A DNA stretch of 61,595 nucleotides, counting the filler, from Bipalium vagum (Eukaryota): assembly GCA_037834085.1 (NCBI GenBank). It is 3 parts of 3 records of this genome, joined end to end, with 100 filler letters (N's around TTAATTAATTAA, not from the genome) between each part and the next. Parts side by side here need not be neighbours in the genome. Positions count along the whole stretch, not along the records: positions 23,964 to 42,409 come from JBBMKC010029129.1; 2 more parts are not named here. One strand, written 5' to 3'. A program made the position numbers and the translations under genes. Below are positions 24,108-37,856 of this stretch, in pieces (position 1 is the first letter of the stretch; each line of letters begins with the position of its first letter). The notes below the pieces were generated by a model. It saw only the letters and a program-made list of their open reading frames with translations. It did no database searches and was not told where the DNA came from.

Positions 24108-27100
24108 ATCTTGTGATGGCCTGAAACAATCTCCTATAGATATTGTGACTGATGATGTTCAATACTGGTCCGGTCTATTGCCTATGAATTTTGAAAATAA
24201 ATTAACGTCACCTTCTGAAGTGCGATTGCATAAATCTTCTACAAGTGGTAAATCATTTCATAATAAATCAAAAAATGTAACTCTTAATTTCTAAGTATAT
24301 TTGGATTTTACTAACAACGGTGTATTGAAATTTGGTAATAAACGTTGTTTGGCGCCTGTTGGAATTCATTGGCATTGGGGTTCTGTTGATAGCCAAGGAT
24401 CCGAACATACCATCAATGGCAAAGCTTTTCCCATGGAGGTTAGTCCATGATTTTGTGTAATATAAATTTGTTTGAACAATTTATCCTACCAGGGACATTT
24501 AATATTCTACGACTGCGACATTTATAGCTCTGATAAAAGCGCTTTGAATAGCACGGGTACGCTTTATGTTATAGGCGTATTTTACGAGGTATTTTTTTCA
24601 TAATTCTCTAATTTTATTTATACATATATTATAAATAATTAAGACATTTTTAAGAATATTTCTATTTTTCCCAAATGTTAATAAAAATATTTCAATATTA
24701 TACATGGTAGCGCAAAATTAACTTACTGATTTTAAACAATGATATAACACAAATGTTCAAAACAATTATTTATTTCGAAAAGGATATAAGCAATAAGTCA
24801 TAAAGATTTGTTAAACAATTTTCTGAAAATTGTCATTAAAATGGCCACCATTTTGTGCCTCATAAAGTTGTACTCTTTTTGCAGAATTCTTCATGGCATC
24901 GGATGTATGGCATTAATTTCATCACGAATATTGTTTTTTAATTGTTAGATGGACTTTGAATTATTAATATAAATTTTCTCCTTCAAATATCCCCAAAGAA
25001 AATAATCTGGAGCTGATAAATCTAGTGAATGAGAAGGCCAGTGGACTTTCGAGTTTCTTGAAATTATCCGTCTACCAAAAATTTAACTTTTTATTTTGAA
25101 AATATAATTCAACTATTTTCGTTCTCTGACAAATTGGATATCTGTTTGACATTAATTTCCTGGATTCCATATTTATGTCTAAAATAAGTTAAGATATCAA
25201 TTTAAAATTGATTTTTTATGAATTCTTAAAATCAGTAAATTTCTATTACGCCACCCTGCTTAATTATTTTTATATAAAAATTTTATTCAGCATAATGCAT
25301 TCTATATTTTATAATAATTTTTATGTCTATGTATTTTAAAGTTTAGAATTCATTTCGCACTTGAATGTACGATAATAAGGTAGAATTATGCACTGAAATT
25401 AGGTCTAATTAGCTTATTTCAATCAGTGGTTCAATGTATAGATCTATATTTAACACTAAACTTTTTACTGAACAATGATTCTAATAACATGAGAATTTTC
25501 ATAAAATAAAAAAATTATAAGTTTTTATGAAATTTAATTATAAAAAAGTTACAAAACTTTATCTTTTTTTATATAATTTTAAAAATATCTTTTTTTGAGA
25601 TTCCTTCAGCTTATGTGAACAAGAAAAATTTTCTATACTTGATTCAAACAAAAGAATTGCTTCTATGGATATCAATTTTAATATTACTTTATATTTATCA
25701 ACCACATGTCTCAGAGTAAAGGATATGAATCTAATTCGAAATAGTTGCGGCATGTTGTTTTTGTTTTAAATGACTAATTTAATCTCAAAGTAATATTAAT
25801 TTTTAGCAATACTTTTTAAACTATATATAATATAATTTAGATATAACAATTGTGATCGCTGGACTCCTGCTAATATCAATCGGTTTATACTCAGAATTAG
25901 AAGACATTTTTCGAATAGATTTATTAAGTGATAAAACAAATAATATTTAAACAAATTTTCTCAGACCTGGAAATTCCTTTTTTTATTAAATTTTAAAAAT
26001 ATTTTTTTATTTTATTTTTACTTTTTAAATATTTTCAATAAATAATTAAAAAAAATTCCCCAGCTCTGATTAGCCTCCTCATAGCTCCCATAAAACGATC
26101 CGCTAATTAAAAAATCACTGTGTACGTCTGGATTCTAAAAAAATTCCATAACATAAGAAATATCAAACTCATTAATATAAAGTAAACTTTGACAAAAGAC
26201 CAACAGTGATATCGAAGTTCAACCACGGATATAAATTGGTATTATAAATATTGAAATTTATTTTTAATATTTCTTTAAATATTATTAATGAAAAACATTG
26301 CCAAAAGCGTTTGACAGAAATGTTTCGTCATAAAATTAAAAAAATAGTTTTAATGAGAAAATAAATCGTGAGATATTTAATAATGCTTCCATCTTTATTT
26401 ATTTATTTTTTATCGAAAAACCCGGAAATCTGCTTTTAATTATCGAATCCAGAAGTGTTCGTAAATGTCATTAATATTGATAACAGTATACCATATCACA
26501 TAAAATATCTAGATGATCAACACCAGTCTTAGATCAGTAAAATTGGTTATATTTCCACTAAATTCCAATGGAAATGTTAAATATTGTAATATAAATATTT
26601 AACTCGTTTAGAAATGTCACATTTCTGGCAGGACCGATTTACGTTAAAAATTACTTTATTTTATAATATAACAATTTCTTTACAATAGTTATAATAAATA
26701 CAACTCTCCGATATACCTTGTTTGTTTAACGTCAGTACCAATTTCAATGAGAATCAAACTCTTAGTAAATTTATTGGACGTTTGTCACGTGTGAAAGTAG
26801 TGATAAGCCCTTTGGTGATGGTCTGTAGATGTGAGCCTGAGTTTGGATCATGTTCACTGTTTCATGTCCAACTATGAATATCATGGGGAAATATATTCAA
26901 ATTATGTTCATTTTGAACTATTAGTACAAAACCTTTGGTAATAAAATAAGAAGTTTAACGTTTTGATTACTTACAATTTTTTTAATACATTTCTCTTGTC
27001 TTTTTTCCTTTTTATTATATAAATAAATAATATTATAAATATTATATATTATAAATATTATATATTATAATATTATAAATAATATAAAATATAAAATATT

Positions 27101-30100
27101 AATATTATGATATATATATTAATATAATATTAAATATAAAAAAATTATTTAGTATAATCAATAATAAATAGCTTTTATTTGTGAATTTATGACAATTTTT
27201 ATATTTCGGCTATAATAAAATCATAAAAAACTCAGAATCAGATACGTGATTCTTTCCTCAACGATTCTTTTTTTTGTTTGAATAAAATATCTTAAGATTT
27301 TGCTGATCATTTTTATAAATCTTTGTTAAAAAATATACAGTAAAACCTCGATATATCCACACTGGAAAATCAGTTACTTAATCAAAGGGGCGTTATTTCA
27401 AGGTTTTTTACTTACGTATGATTGACGAAATATGATAATCATGAACATGTTTTAAAAGGTATCTAAATTGGTAAGCTTCTTAAACGAATGCTTTTAGACT
27501 ACTCTGGATTACATTCCTCTGCTTGATTGATAAACAATACAATAGTTTTAAATGGGTTTTCTACTTCTCTGTAACTTGTTTAACTTCTTTGACTGTAAAT
27601 ATGTCTACAACTTCGCTGATTATTTGCATTTTGTCCTACAAAATAATTTAATGGATGTTAATTCATTTTCATTTTGTTTATAAAATGATCAAATGAAATA
27701 GCAATTTGTTGACCGAGTCTGAGACCCAAATTTTCAAAAGGTAATTCTAAATTGTGTCATTTCGTATTCAATCGATATGTCCAAAAATTATAGTACTAAG
27801 AAAAAACTTTGCAAAATAAATATTACTATTATTACTATAATATAATAATAGTTATTATTATATATACTATAATTATTTCGTTAAAATATTAACGGAAAAA
27901 CACTTGAACTCTCTTTGATTTAATCTGACTCCAATTTTAAACCAATATTAGTTGATTTGATATGTAAGAAAAAAAAGACTAAATAACTAAAAAATCAATA
28001 AAAGATCAAATGTATTAATAAATGAAAATAAAAATCATTTTCAGTATTTCATTTTAATTTTTTCGGGTGTACCGAAAAATAAATGTCTGATGATTTTTTG
28101 ATCTTTACGTCTTCCAGCAATTCCTGAAAATTTTTTAACTAAGCTCAAAATAAATTCTATTATTTAACAGCCTTATTACTTCATTCCAGTGCTCTACCTG
28201 ATTTTTTAATATTCAAACAAAGTTTTTTCCAAAAGATAATTATAATTTTTATATTTTTATTAATTAATGTGCACTTTAATTTTATTTTAAAACTTTACGT
28301 TTATTTAAAAACTTTTAATTATTACATTAATATTCTCACTTGATTTTAAACTTTGTAAATATTCTTACAATTATTATTATTATTATTATTATTATATTTT
28401 TCAGTTATCATAAAATTTACGCCAATTTTTTACAGATAGGAGAAAATAATGAGGCACTTGACAAGATAATAGTAAAATTTAATGATTTTGAAGAACAAGC
28501 TTCATTGAAAGTTCAAGAAATGAGTCCTATTGAGTTCTTACCAAAAGACCTTAAAAGATATTATCGATATGAAGGATCTTTAACAACTCCTCCTTGTTCA
28601 GAAAGAATAATCTGGACAGTAATGAAGACAACTGTAACAATTGGAAAATCTCAAGTAATTGTGGTTTTGTATTATATAATAATACTTATTTATCAGCATA
28701 AATTAAGATTTTGATTATTCAGTTCGTTTATTGTTGTAGTTCTAAGTTCCTATTAATAATATTATCATTATTGTTATTGGTACTAATATAAGGTGCCGAA
28801 AAAAGTTCTTGCCGATTTTATTTAATTGACATTTCACTAATTAGTTTATTCATTATCAAAACATCAATTGGTTTTATTAGATCACTTTAAATTAAGCATA
28901 CAATTTTATATTTACTCTTCTTAAAAAATTGCCAAGAACCTATTTAAACACAGAATAATATTCATTAAATTTATGAAAATTACATTAATAAAAAAATTAT
29001 TTTTTAAAAATTGTTTTAATATAATTATAATTAAAATTTTCATTAAAATTGATAAATTTGCTTCTTTATTATCACTATAAGTATAAAATGAAAATCCGAA
29101 GTACCATTAATGTTGTATATTGTGAAAACGAGAAAATATGAAAAATCCATAGAAAAATTAAATCATTAATAAAAACAAAAATAATTTGCATAAAATTTAT
29201 AATTTCAATGATAATAGGAAATAATGCTAAAAAAAGAAAACTTAATGCTCAAAAAATCTGATGCTTCTAATATGACAGCTTTTATAATTACTAAAAACAC
29301 TCAGAAGATGATACCTGCAAAAGTTTCCAGAGAAATCAAGATTATCTGAATTTAATTAAAATATTTATATTTCTATAAAAATGTCTTGATAATACTGAAA
29401 AAATGTAAATAGAAAAATCTCCGAGAAGATTGATATAAATGAGAAAAATATAAAAAATAAATTTCTTGTTATTTTGATAGAAATAAAAAAAATTATGGGT
29501 TGGAACTAATATAAAATTGATATTATAAATAGAATATACTGAAACAAAATTTAGTTTTATACTGCTCGGACTAAATTTAAAATTTATTAGTAGGACTAAT
29601 TTTAAAATTTATTATGAATTTATTAAAATTATTGGATCATGTTTTTTTTGACCGACTCGGTCAAAAAAGAGACTTGATACGATCGACCGGTCAAAAAAGA
29701 AACTTGAAACAAATCACAAAAAGTAACAAAAACAAATAATTTTCCATTTACAAATTTATTTTCAAAAAATGATTCGCGGTTTCTTGATTGAATTGATTCA
29801 AATTCTTGCCTGTGAGCACCAGTCTCCATGTCAACAAAATTCATGTTGTGGTTGACAGTTTGATGAACATAATTTTGTTACTATTATACTTAGACGTAGT
29901 AAGGTGTGCTCGTGTCCTAGTGTTCTGGGATCAAACCCCAAAAAAAGTTGAAAAAGAGCTATGCTTCTGCAGCTAAAATTGACAATTTTAATCAGAAACA
30001 ACCTCATTTAACTTTAAATAATCAAGATTCAAGTAATACGGGTCAATCTTCACTAAATAAAGTTAATAAAAATAATAATATTAAGAATAACAACAAAAGT

Positions 30101-33100
30101 AATAACAGAAATAGGAATACTAAGGAAAATGAAAATACGCAATGATGTCCAAGATAAACTTAAATGAAATGGAAATATCAAATATTCCGACGAAGATGGT
30201 CAAGAATTGTTTTGTTAAATAAAGTGTTGCTTTTTTTAATGAATAGATTTATTTATTATATTAATATTAATATTATTATAAATTACCTAATAAGAATAAC
30301 AGAATGCTTTCTCTTAAAACATAATTTCATCAAATGTAACACCCATCACCATGCTGCTAATTCATTTAATATTCATTTCTTTAATATTAACATGAAAAAA
30401 TTGAGATCGGTCAAAAAAGAGACTTGATGCAACAGACCGATAAAAAAAAGACTTGATAGTCATTTCGGTCAAAAAAAACATGATCCAAATTATTTATATA
30501 AAATTAATTATATAATTATATTTTAATATTTCCTGTATATTATTAACGAACAGGTATCATTCTTTAAAATATTTTGAATATAAAAATTTTTAAAAAGAAG
30601 AGATTTCCATTTTCAGAATGATAGGTAAAAAAAATCATTATCTAAAATTAAGAAAATTAATTATTTTCTTCATAATTTATAAAATATTTTTCTAAAATAA
30701 ATGTTAAACATGGTTTTTGGGGGTTTATGATATGAAATTGGGTGTTTAATCTGAATATGAGACATATCAAAAAATATTAAATAAGGAGAATAAAAGTAAT
30801 TTAAATGTAATAATATATTGTTATTATTAATTCACTTACATATTTATTTCAATTATTTATTTATGTACAAAATGTTTACATTACATTCGTAAGAAGTTTG
30901 ATTTGTTTATATTATTCAGAAAAATTTATTATAGTTTTTGTATTTCATACATTTATTTTTTTGAATTTCCATATTCATATAATTTAATAATATAAAAATT
31001 TAAATAATAAAAGAATAATATTATGATTTTCATATATAATGTAATATACATAAGTAATCATCTTTTAAAGTCCACGATAAATCATTTTTGGTCAAAATAA
31101 AACAAATGAATACTTTATTTATTTATTTATTTATATCGCCTTAGTTGTCATTTTAAAGACAATATTCTTATAACTAATATCAATTCAATAAAAATAATGA
31201 TTATATACAAATATTCCTTTGATCGTTCGGTACAACAGTGCAAACGAAGAATAATTTTTTAAATTGGAATTTTGTGGATTAATTAAGGTCTATCGTCGTA
31301 TTACATTTTCATTTCTGTGTTTGCTATACAGATTAATCCTTAGCCGATTTCATAATGATTACAAAAAAATTGAAAATTTAATAACGAATGATGAGATATA
31401 AAAATAACATTAATAACGAACTGGATTAATAAAAAGAACTGGAATTTGTTTAACCAAATTATAATATGTTGTTGTCACATAAAAATTGACGTTTTTTGTT
31501 ATGAAGACTTAAGTAAAAAATCTTTTAAACTGTTTTTCAAGTTTACGTAGTCCTCTCTATATATAATAGTGAGAAATGCTTTTTATATCAATTTGTTTTA
31601 ATAATCTATTTTAAGCACCAGATTTGACCATAACATATTAGATTTTATTATTTTACACTAATTATTGAAAAATAATTTTTCCTCGTCGGAAGCCATCCGT
31701 TTAATTACACAAGTTGACGGTTCAGGTGAGATAAACAAAAGAACAACAATGCAGTTGTTTATATTTAATAATAATATTTCATAATAATTTTTTTATTAAA
31801 AATTTAAGAATAATGCTTATTTAAATTAGTAATTTCTTAATTAACTTATAATTATTAATCTGCAGAATTATTTTGAAAATATTTTAATAAAAATATCAGA
31901 GTCATTACGTGTGAAAATTTTTTAATCAATTTAAACAAAAAGAATATTTTATTATATAAAATATTAAAATATTCGATAATTGTAAGATAATTTTGAAATA
32001 TAATTAAATTTTTCTACTATCAATTAATGCTGAAATTGTGATGAGTGAAATTAAAAAACAATAGATCTAAATATAATTCTTCTTACGCATAAAATTATTA
32101 TTCTTTTTTCAGACTTTCTGAAATATGAAATATCCGAGAATTTAATTCCCACAGACTTTTCTTATTTTGTGGAAAATCGACTCAAGTTCATTAAGTCAGT
32201 TATTGAAGAAACACTTGAGTTTGATTAAATTAAAGTTTCGTTTTCAGGGATACGAATCGGTTTGTAAATAGAAAATTTAAATCAAGTAGCCAATCTCTCA
32301 ATGGTGTAAATGTCTAGGTTTTCATGTTTGGGTTAATCTTACTTAAGGTATGATAAAAAATAATTTGCACGAATACAATGTTAGGAGATTAGATTATACA
32401 ATATGTTCAATCAAATAAGAAATTTGAACAATCGCCTTGAATCTACAATCAAAATTTTTATTAGGAACTTTGGACTGGCCATAGAATCTCTGTATGATAA
32501 GATAAGAAACTTTCATAAATCACCAGCTCCAATGACCATTCTTGAGCTAGATATATTCATCTGTCATAACTAACTTAGTTAAATGACATTATATTTATTT
32601 TCCGAGAAACCGGTCCACACGTGAAGGGTTGATTAAAAATAATTAAAAATCAATATAGTTTTTCAAAATTTAAAATGTTACAAATTCAAAATAAAAAAAT
32701 AATTTTATTATGTAAAATATAAAATATATTTCTTCAAAATTTCCTCAGGGCAACTATTTAAAAATTAACTTTTCATTAATTAGTAAATTAATTAAATAGA
32801 AAAATTAAAAAAACATTTCTTAATATTATTCTAAAATTAGATGAAGTTATCTCAAAGGGATGCATGTATTTATATAAAAATACAAGTAAAATAATATTTC
32901 CATTATAATTATAATTTTTATTGGTTAAATTGTGTTTCTCAAAATTCTCTGTATTGAGGAGCGGAAGAAAGTAATAAAGAAAAAAATAAAACTCGTACTG
33001 TATAACTGTAATAATAAAGAAGAAAATAATTATTTCTGAAATTATTAAGTAAAAATACTTATTCTGTGTACAGGAAAAATTATTCTTATACTGGAAATAG

Positions 33101-35107
33101 AGAAATTTTATAATATTGGTTTAATATATGTAGTTATTGCCTGGGAAAAACGGCAATGAAAACAAACTTTAAATATAAATGAAAATTCATTTTGTTTATA
33201 GAAGAAAAAATATTTTTAATTTAAACAACATAATGACAATAATATTTTTCATATTGATGGGTTGAAAGCACGATCAGAAAAGAGCTAACTCACAATAAAT
33301 TATATTTACTTTCTCCATACCATAAAACACATGATTTATTTATTTTAGAAAACAATTTGTAAGTCTAGTTTGTTTAATTGATGTAATATTGATTATTAAA
33401 GATTGCGTTATCTAATGATAAGAAAATATTAATCTTAATCCACTATGAGAGGATTCTCATGAAAATTGGTAAAGTACAGCCACAGTACGAAATAATTGAA
33501 AATCTATACAATGCATTCAATGTTAACTCAGATTACGCACACGGATTACGAAAATTTTTTTTGAAACAGTTACTCTGAACAGAAAAAGTGGTTTAAGAAG
33601 AAAACATATCGAAGGGAATGTTGACAGACAACAACGAGTTGTGGAATCTATTTGGAAGCGAGATCATCAGGCATTATTTGTATTTCTGAGGATACTGAGA
33701 TTCCACATACAAGTGTTCAAAGAATTAACAAAGAAGGAATGAGAATTATTTCCAGAAGAACATGCCCTCTGTTACGTGATGACCAGAAATTGACGAAGCT
33801 AACATGATGTTGACAGAATCCTCGCCATCAATGGAAGGGTTATGTTGACATAGATTCGAAGTGAAATGGACAATACCACACATAGCCTTTTTTCCAGCAT
33901 AACCACTATTAACCAGCCAGCACAGTTTCCAGGTTTAAATCAAAACCACCGGTTTTTTCACGTCTGTCAATAAGTAAGTTCTTAAGAGTAAATATAAAAA
34001 TGTTAATGAATTGTGTTTTTCATTAGAAGAGAATTTTTGATCAATTAAGCCTGAAACGTTACTTCTATTTTTGAAAGTAAATCTCGGATAGTAATGGAAA
34101 TTATAAAGCAGAAAGGTTTAAATGTTAATGTATCACATTCCTTATAATAAGCTTTGTCAATATTATTTCTCTTTTATTATAATTTTTTTAACAAATCTGA
34201 TATTTTATGGTATCAAGAATTATGATAAAATATTAATAATAATTAAAAAATGATAAAATAATAATATATAGCTAGAGCAATTGATTCTGCTTCTCTAATT
34301 GTTTTGATGAATCCGCTTCAATTTTTTTCTTTAACTGGTCATTATCAATGTTAGATGTAGCACTGCGATCTATGTGACATTCAGAGGTCTGATCTACATA
34401 GCGATAAGACTAACTGTTCCCTATTGCAATGCTTTGATAATTTTTTGAGACTTATTTTGTGCCTAATGTGTACTCGTACAATAATATTGTTCTATTTTGA
34501 TTATTTTCCATGATCCATGAAATCGTCTAGAAAATTTATAAATAAATGATTATTGTAACAAATTTATTAAAAATGATATTTAAATTTTGTTTTTGAATGG
34601 TATCAAAATATAAGTATTATTTAAACAACATTACTTCAAAATATATGAAGTAAGTTAAATAAAAGCATTGTTTTTGCACCATTCTGATTTATGGTTAATA
34701 ATTAAATGTACTGTTTAGACAAATTTTAATGACAATACTTTTTTATTTTTCTAATACACGAAGGTATAAATGTTTTTATCAAATGAGTAAAAATAAAAAC
34801 AAAAAATAAATTATAAAATATTTTAAAATCTGATGTTAATATAAACTATACGCTTCTCTGAGTATTTTAGAATATATTCATTATTCATTTTATTGTCCAG
34901 CTGGATAAATTTCGATCAATCAAGTTTTCATCACCGGAAATCGGACGTATGGTCGACAATTTTCGACCGGTAGTTCCAGTGATCGATCCTAGAGCCTTCG
35001 TTAAGCGAATTGTTTTTTCATCATTCAATGTCTGCACGAAAGTTTTGATGAATTCAATGTTAATTCACTTTTTATTGTCTCTTTTTATTTGGACACTCAA
35101 TATATAA
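24108..35107 (+). CDS. Alpha-carbonic anhydrase, probably extracellular/GPI-anchored (CA4-like); 5' exon(s) missing. Exons ~24108-24247, 24296-24438, 24493-24588, 28436-28654, 34901-35107
   Basis: Spliced translation gives CDGLKQSPIDI, IHWHWG (two Zn-binding His), GSEHTING, MEGHLIF (third His), YYRYEGSLTTPPCSE, MVDNFRP and a hydrophobic C-terminus (MLIHFLLSLFIWTLNI*). All junctions are GT-AG and in frame. The start codon and signal peptide are not found; they would lie beyond the spacer at 23864-23963. Confidence 0.93.
24701..25259 (-). mobile_element. Internally deleted Tc1/mariner element in a CA intron
   Basis: Imperfect TIRs TACATGGTAGCGCAAAATTAACTTACTGATTTTAA / TTAAAATCAGTAAATTTCTATTACGCCACCCTG. 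The - strand reads WPSHSLDLSAPDYFLWGYLKEKIY. Confidence 0.85.
25961..26069. repeat. Small inverted-repeat element (MITE-like)
   Basis: TCAGACCTGGAAATTCCTTTTTTTATTA versus TAATTAAAAAAAATTCCCCAGCTCTGA around an AT-rich core. Confidence 0.45.
28789..28956. mobile_element. Mariner-type MITE
   Basis: Imperfect TIR TAAGGTGCCGAAAAAAGTTCTTGCCGATTTT / AAAATTGCCAAGAACCTATTTAAACACAGAATA. Confidence 0.55.
29634..30486 (-). mobile_element. Non-autonomous Merlin element in a carbonic anhydrase intron
   Basis: Perfect 22-bp TIR GGATCATGTTTTTTTTGACCGA, 8-bp TSD AAATTATT (29626-29633 and 30487-30494), transposase remnant HQTVNHNMNFVDMETGAHRQEFES on the - strand, subterminal CGGTCAAAAAAGAGACTTGA repeats. Confidence 0.9.
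32100..32632 (+). mobile_element. Possible piggyBac remnant
   Basis: Degenerate MSRF....YLRYDKK resembles the piggyBac MSRxRF...LRFDD motif. The right end GTGAAGGG-TTGA resembles GGG-TTAA. Confidence 0.35.
33450..33830 (+). mobile_element. Decayed mariner transposase fragment
   Basis: ISEDTEIPHTSVQRI..GMRIISRR..LLRDDQKL resembles the second HTH and linker region. Confidence 0.5.
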
Positions 35108-35251
35108 TTTATTTTAAATATTATCTTTAATTATATATTATGTAATGAATATTATAATTTTAGTTAAATATATATCTGAACATTAGAGCCTCAATTTGTT
35201 CAATTTTCATTATAATTGAATTTTTTAATTTTATTATTATTATTATTATTA

Positions 35252-35829
35252 CAGTGAAACACCGTTATAAGGGCACTCATTTATAAGGAAAACTCCGTTA
35301 TAAGGGACACTTTTATGCCAATTTTTTAGTACCAATTTTCATATAGAAAAACATTGTACTCACCCGTTATAAAAAGAGAAAATATTTATGAAATTTTCAT
35401 TTTTGTTCAAAATTGTTTAAATAATAGTAAATCATAATAACAATAATTAATAAAAATAAAATGAATAAACAATTCGCATTAATTAACCAAGATAAGTCAA
35501 TTGTCTTGATACTATTAAATTTATTTGTTCAAATAATGAATCAACTGATGAAAATCTCTAGCAATTTTATGAAGTTTGAAGAAAAAATCAGGATTACTTT
35601 GCAGCTGACACTAAAACAAAGAACATTGATTGAATACTTTAAATAAAATATTACATTTGAAATGTGACTTCAGTTTCTTTTTTTGCAACTAATAATAACT
35701 ATTATTATAAATAACTTTAAAATGTCATAACAATATTTTAGTTATTACGTTATTGCGTAATTGACAAGCCATGTTGTTAAGGGCACCCCGTTATAAGGTA
35801 CATTTTCATGCTATACGAACCTACGACTG
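35252..35829 (+). mobile_element. pogo/Tigger-like non-autonomous element just 3' of the CA gene
   Basis: TA-CAGT...ACTG-TA ends inside a (TAT)n tract, repeated CCGTTATAAGG motifs near both ends, and the pogo-type C-terminal motif KQRTLIEYFK (35461-35646). Confidence 0.75.
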
Positions 35830-36987
35830 TATTATTATTATTGCTGTTTTTATTCTTATTATTTATTTATTAAAATAATTATTAAATTATATAACTAAAA
35901 CAAAAATTAAAAATTTTACATTTAATATTTAAAATATTAAATTTATTTAATATTTTTAAAAAAAATATTAGGAAAAAACGATAAAAATAATGATTTTTTG
36001 TTTTATTCCATTATGTGGTTTTTTCTTTTTTTAAAAATTAAACGATGTATCTGTTTAGACAAATTTCGTTGCAATTTATTAGATTTTATGCTAATTTGAA
36101 ACTGAAATATCATATTATTTTAAATGTCATTCTAAATCGCCCTAAAGCAGTTATTATTGATCTTAAATTGTCACAGATGAAATCAAAAGATAAAATCACA
36201 ATTTTCTATTTTCCATTTGTGAATTTTAATTTTTCATTAGATAAACTACAAAATATAATTTTTTTCTAAATAAATATTAAATTAAATAACAAATTTACAA
36301 AATAATATGATAAGGATTACTAACTAATTCTTAAAGGAAATGGTTAATAATTAAAATTAATTGTATTTTACTTGAGTATTTCATAAAAATGTATGTAAAA
36401 CTAAACAAGCTTATAAAGCACTCAGTTTTGAAAATTTCTTATTAATAGCTGCATCATTTGATTTAAAAAAAGAAAATTTAGATATATTAATTTTTTTGAC
36501 AAATTTTTAGGACCACCATTAAGTAATTAAATTTAATTACTTTAAATTTCTATAAAAAATTTAAATTTCTAAAAAAATATGCATTAAATAATATGCCAGT
36601 AATTTGAAAACAATGATTCTTTTTCAATATATTGCATCACTTATTCGAGAGACAGAAAAATCAATCACAATATTTAATATTGCAATGTTTAGTTAACTTT
36701 TTTAATAATGGAAAATAAGTCTTAACCTCTGAGTAGAAATGAAAAAGATTTTGTTTTTAGCATCAAAAAAAGGTTTTTTGTATCTTATGGAAATGTGAAT
36801 TTGGTTTTCAAAAGAAAACCAAATCCCTTACTTTCAAATATTATGTGGGAATCAGCAATAAAAAAAAAGAAGTTAAAAAGTTGTTGAGCAAGATCCAAGA
36901 TCACAGTTTATCATCAAATATTTTTTCAGAAAATTGCAATTACATTACGAATTTTCCTTTATTTGATCATTTAACATTTTAATTGTA

Positions 36988-37249
36988 TTGGGTTGTAGAA
37001 TAAGTTCTGCATTATTTTAAAATAATAAAGTTTATACAAAATTTTCTCAAATAATTATTAATACAAAGTTGTTTAAATAATATTATTATATAGTTGGAGG
37101 TATTTGAAATTTATTGCAAAAAGATTATTGATTAATCGAGTAATCGACAACAATGGTCATTATTTCTGTGATTAAAATAAATATTTTGATGTTAGAACTT
37201 TAAGTCTTATTTTTAATAAAAATAATGCAGAACTTATTTCACAACCCAA
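36988..37249. mobile_element. Mariner-type MITE
   Basis: TA-flanked ~30-bp TIR TTGGGTTGTAGAATAAGTTCTGCATTATTTT / AAAATAATGCAGAACTTATTTCACAACCCAA. Confidence 0.85.
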
Positions 37250-37529
37250 TATTATGAATCTGAGCATTTTAATTATATTATGAATCTGAACATTTTAATT
37301 GTATTATTACGATAAATATTCAATTTGATTAAAAGTAATACATATTATTTTTTTATTAAATTAATAATACTAATAGAATAAAATAAACAAATATAAAAAA
37401 AATAAAGAAAAGGAATATAATCTAACCTGAAGGCATATCCACAAGGCAGCGAGCAGGATCTGGGATAGGGTTAATGAATTAATAAAAATAATAAATAATC
37501 TGAAAATGAAATTACTTGGGCTTGGGGTG

Positions 37530-37856
37530 TGGGCGCCAGAGTAATATGAGAGGCAATGAGTTGAAAGATGATATAGTGGGTTGGAGGTGATAAGGCATAA
37601 AGGGATAAAGGAAAAATAAAATAATAATAATATATAGTGATGATATGATAATATAGTATATAATAATGATAATATAATAAAGAATAATGATATATAATAA
37701 TTTTTTAGGACAATAAGTACTATAATTGATTAAAAATAATAAGACATGTGAATTAAAATAAAATAAAATAAAATAATAAGAATAATAAAAATGATAATAA
37801 CACAAATTTGAAAAATTGGAAATAACGTCAGTGATGATTTTGGGGGAGGGTTACAG
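37530..37856 (-). mobile_element. Possible LTR plus primer-binding-site remnant
   Basis: On the - strand it starts TGTAACCCTCCCCC and is followed ~310 bp later by TATTACTC-TGGCGCCCA, a tRNA-Lys-like PBS start. Confidence 0.4.

Noticed and set aside
23908-24162. Poly-Leu ORF
   Set aside because: Translation of the (TTA)n microsatellite and N spacer.
37512-37805. Tyr/Ile/Phe-rich hydrophobic ORFs (also 15096-15392, 53246-53464, 9059-9271, 44601-44891)
   Set aside because: Low-complexity AT-rich DNA yields such pseudo-transmembrane frames by chance. No splice or homology support.
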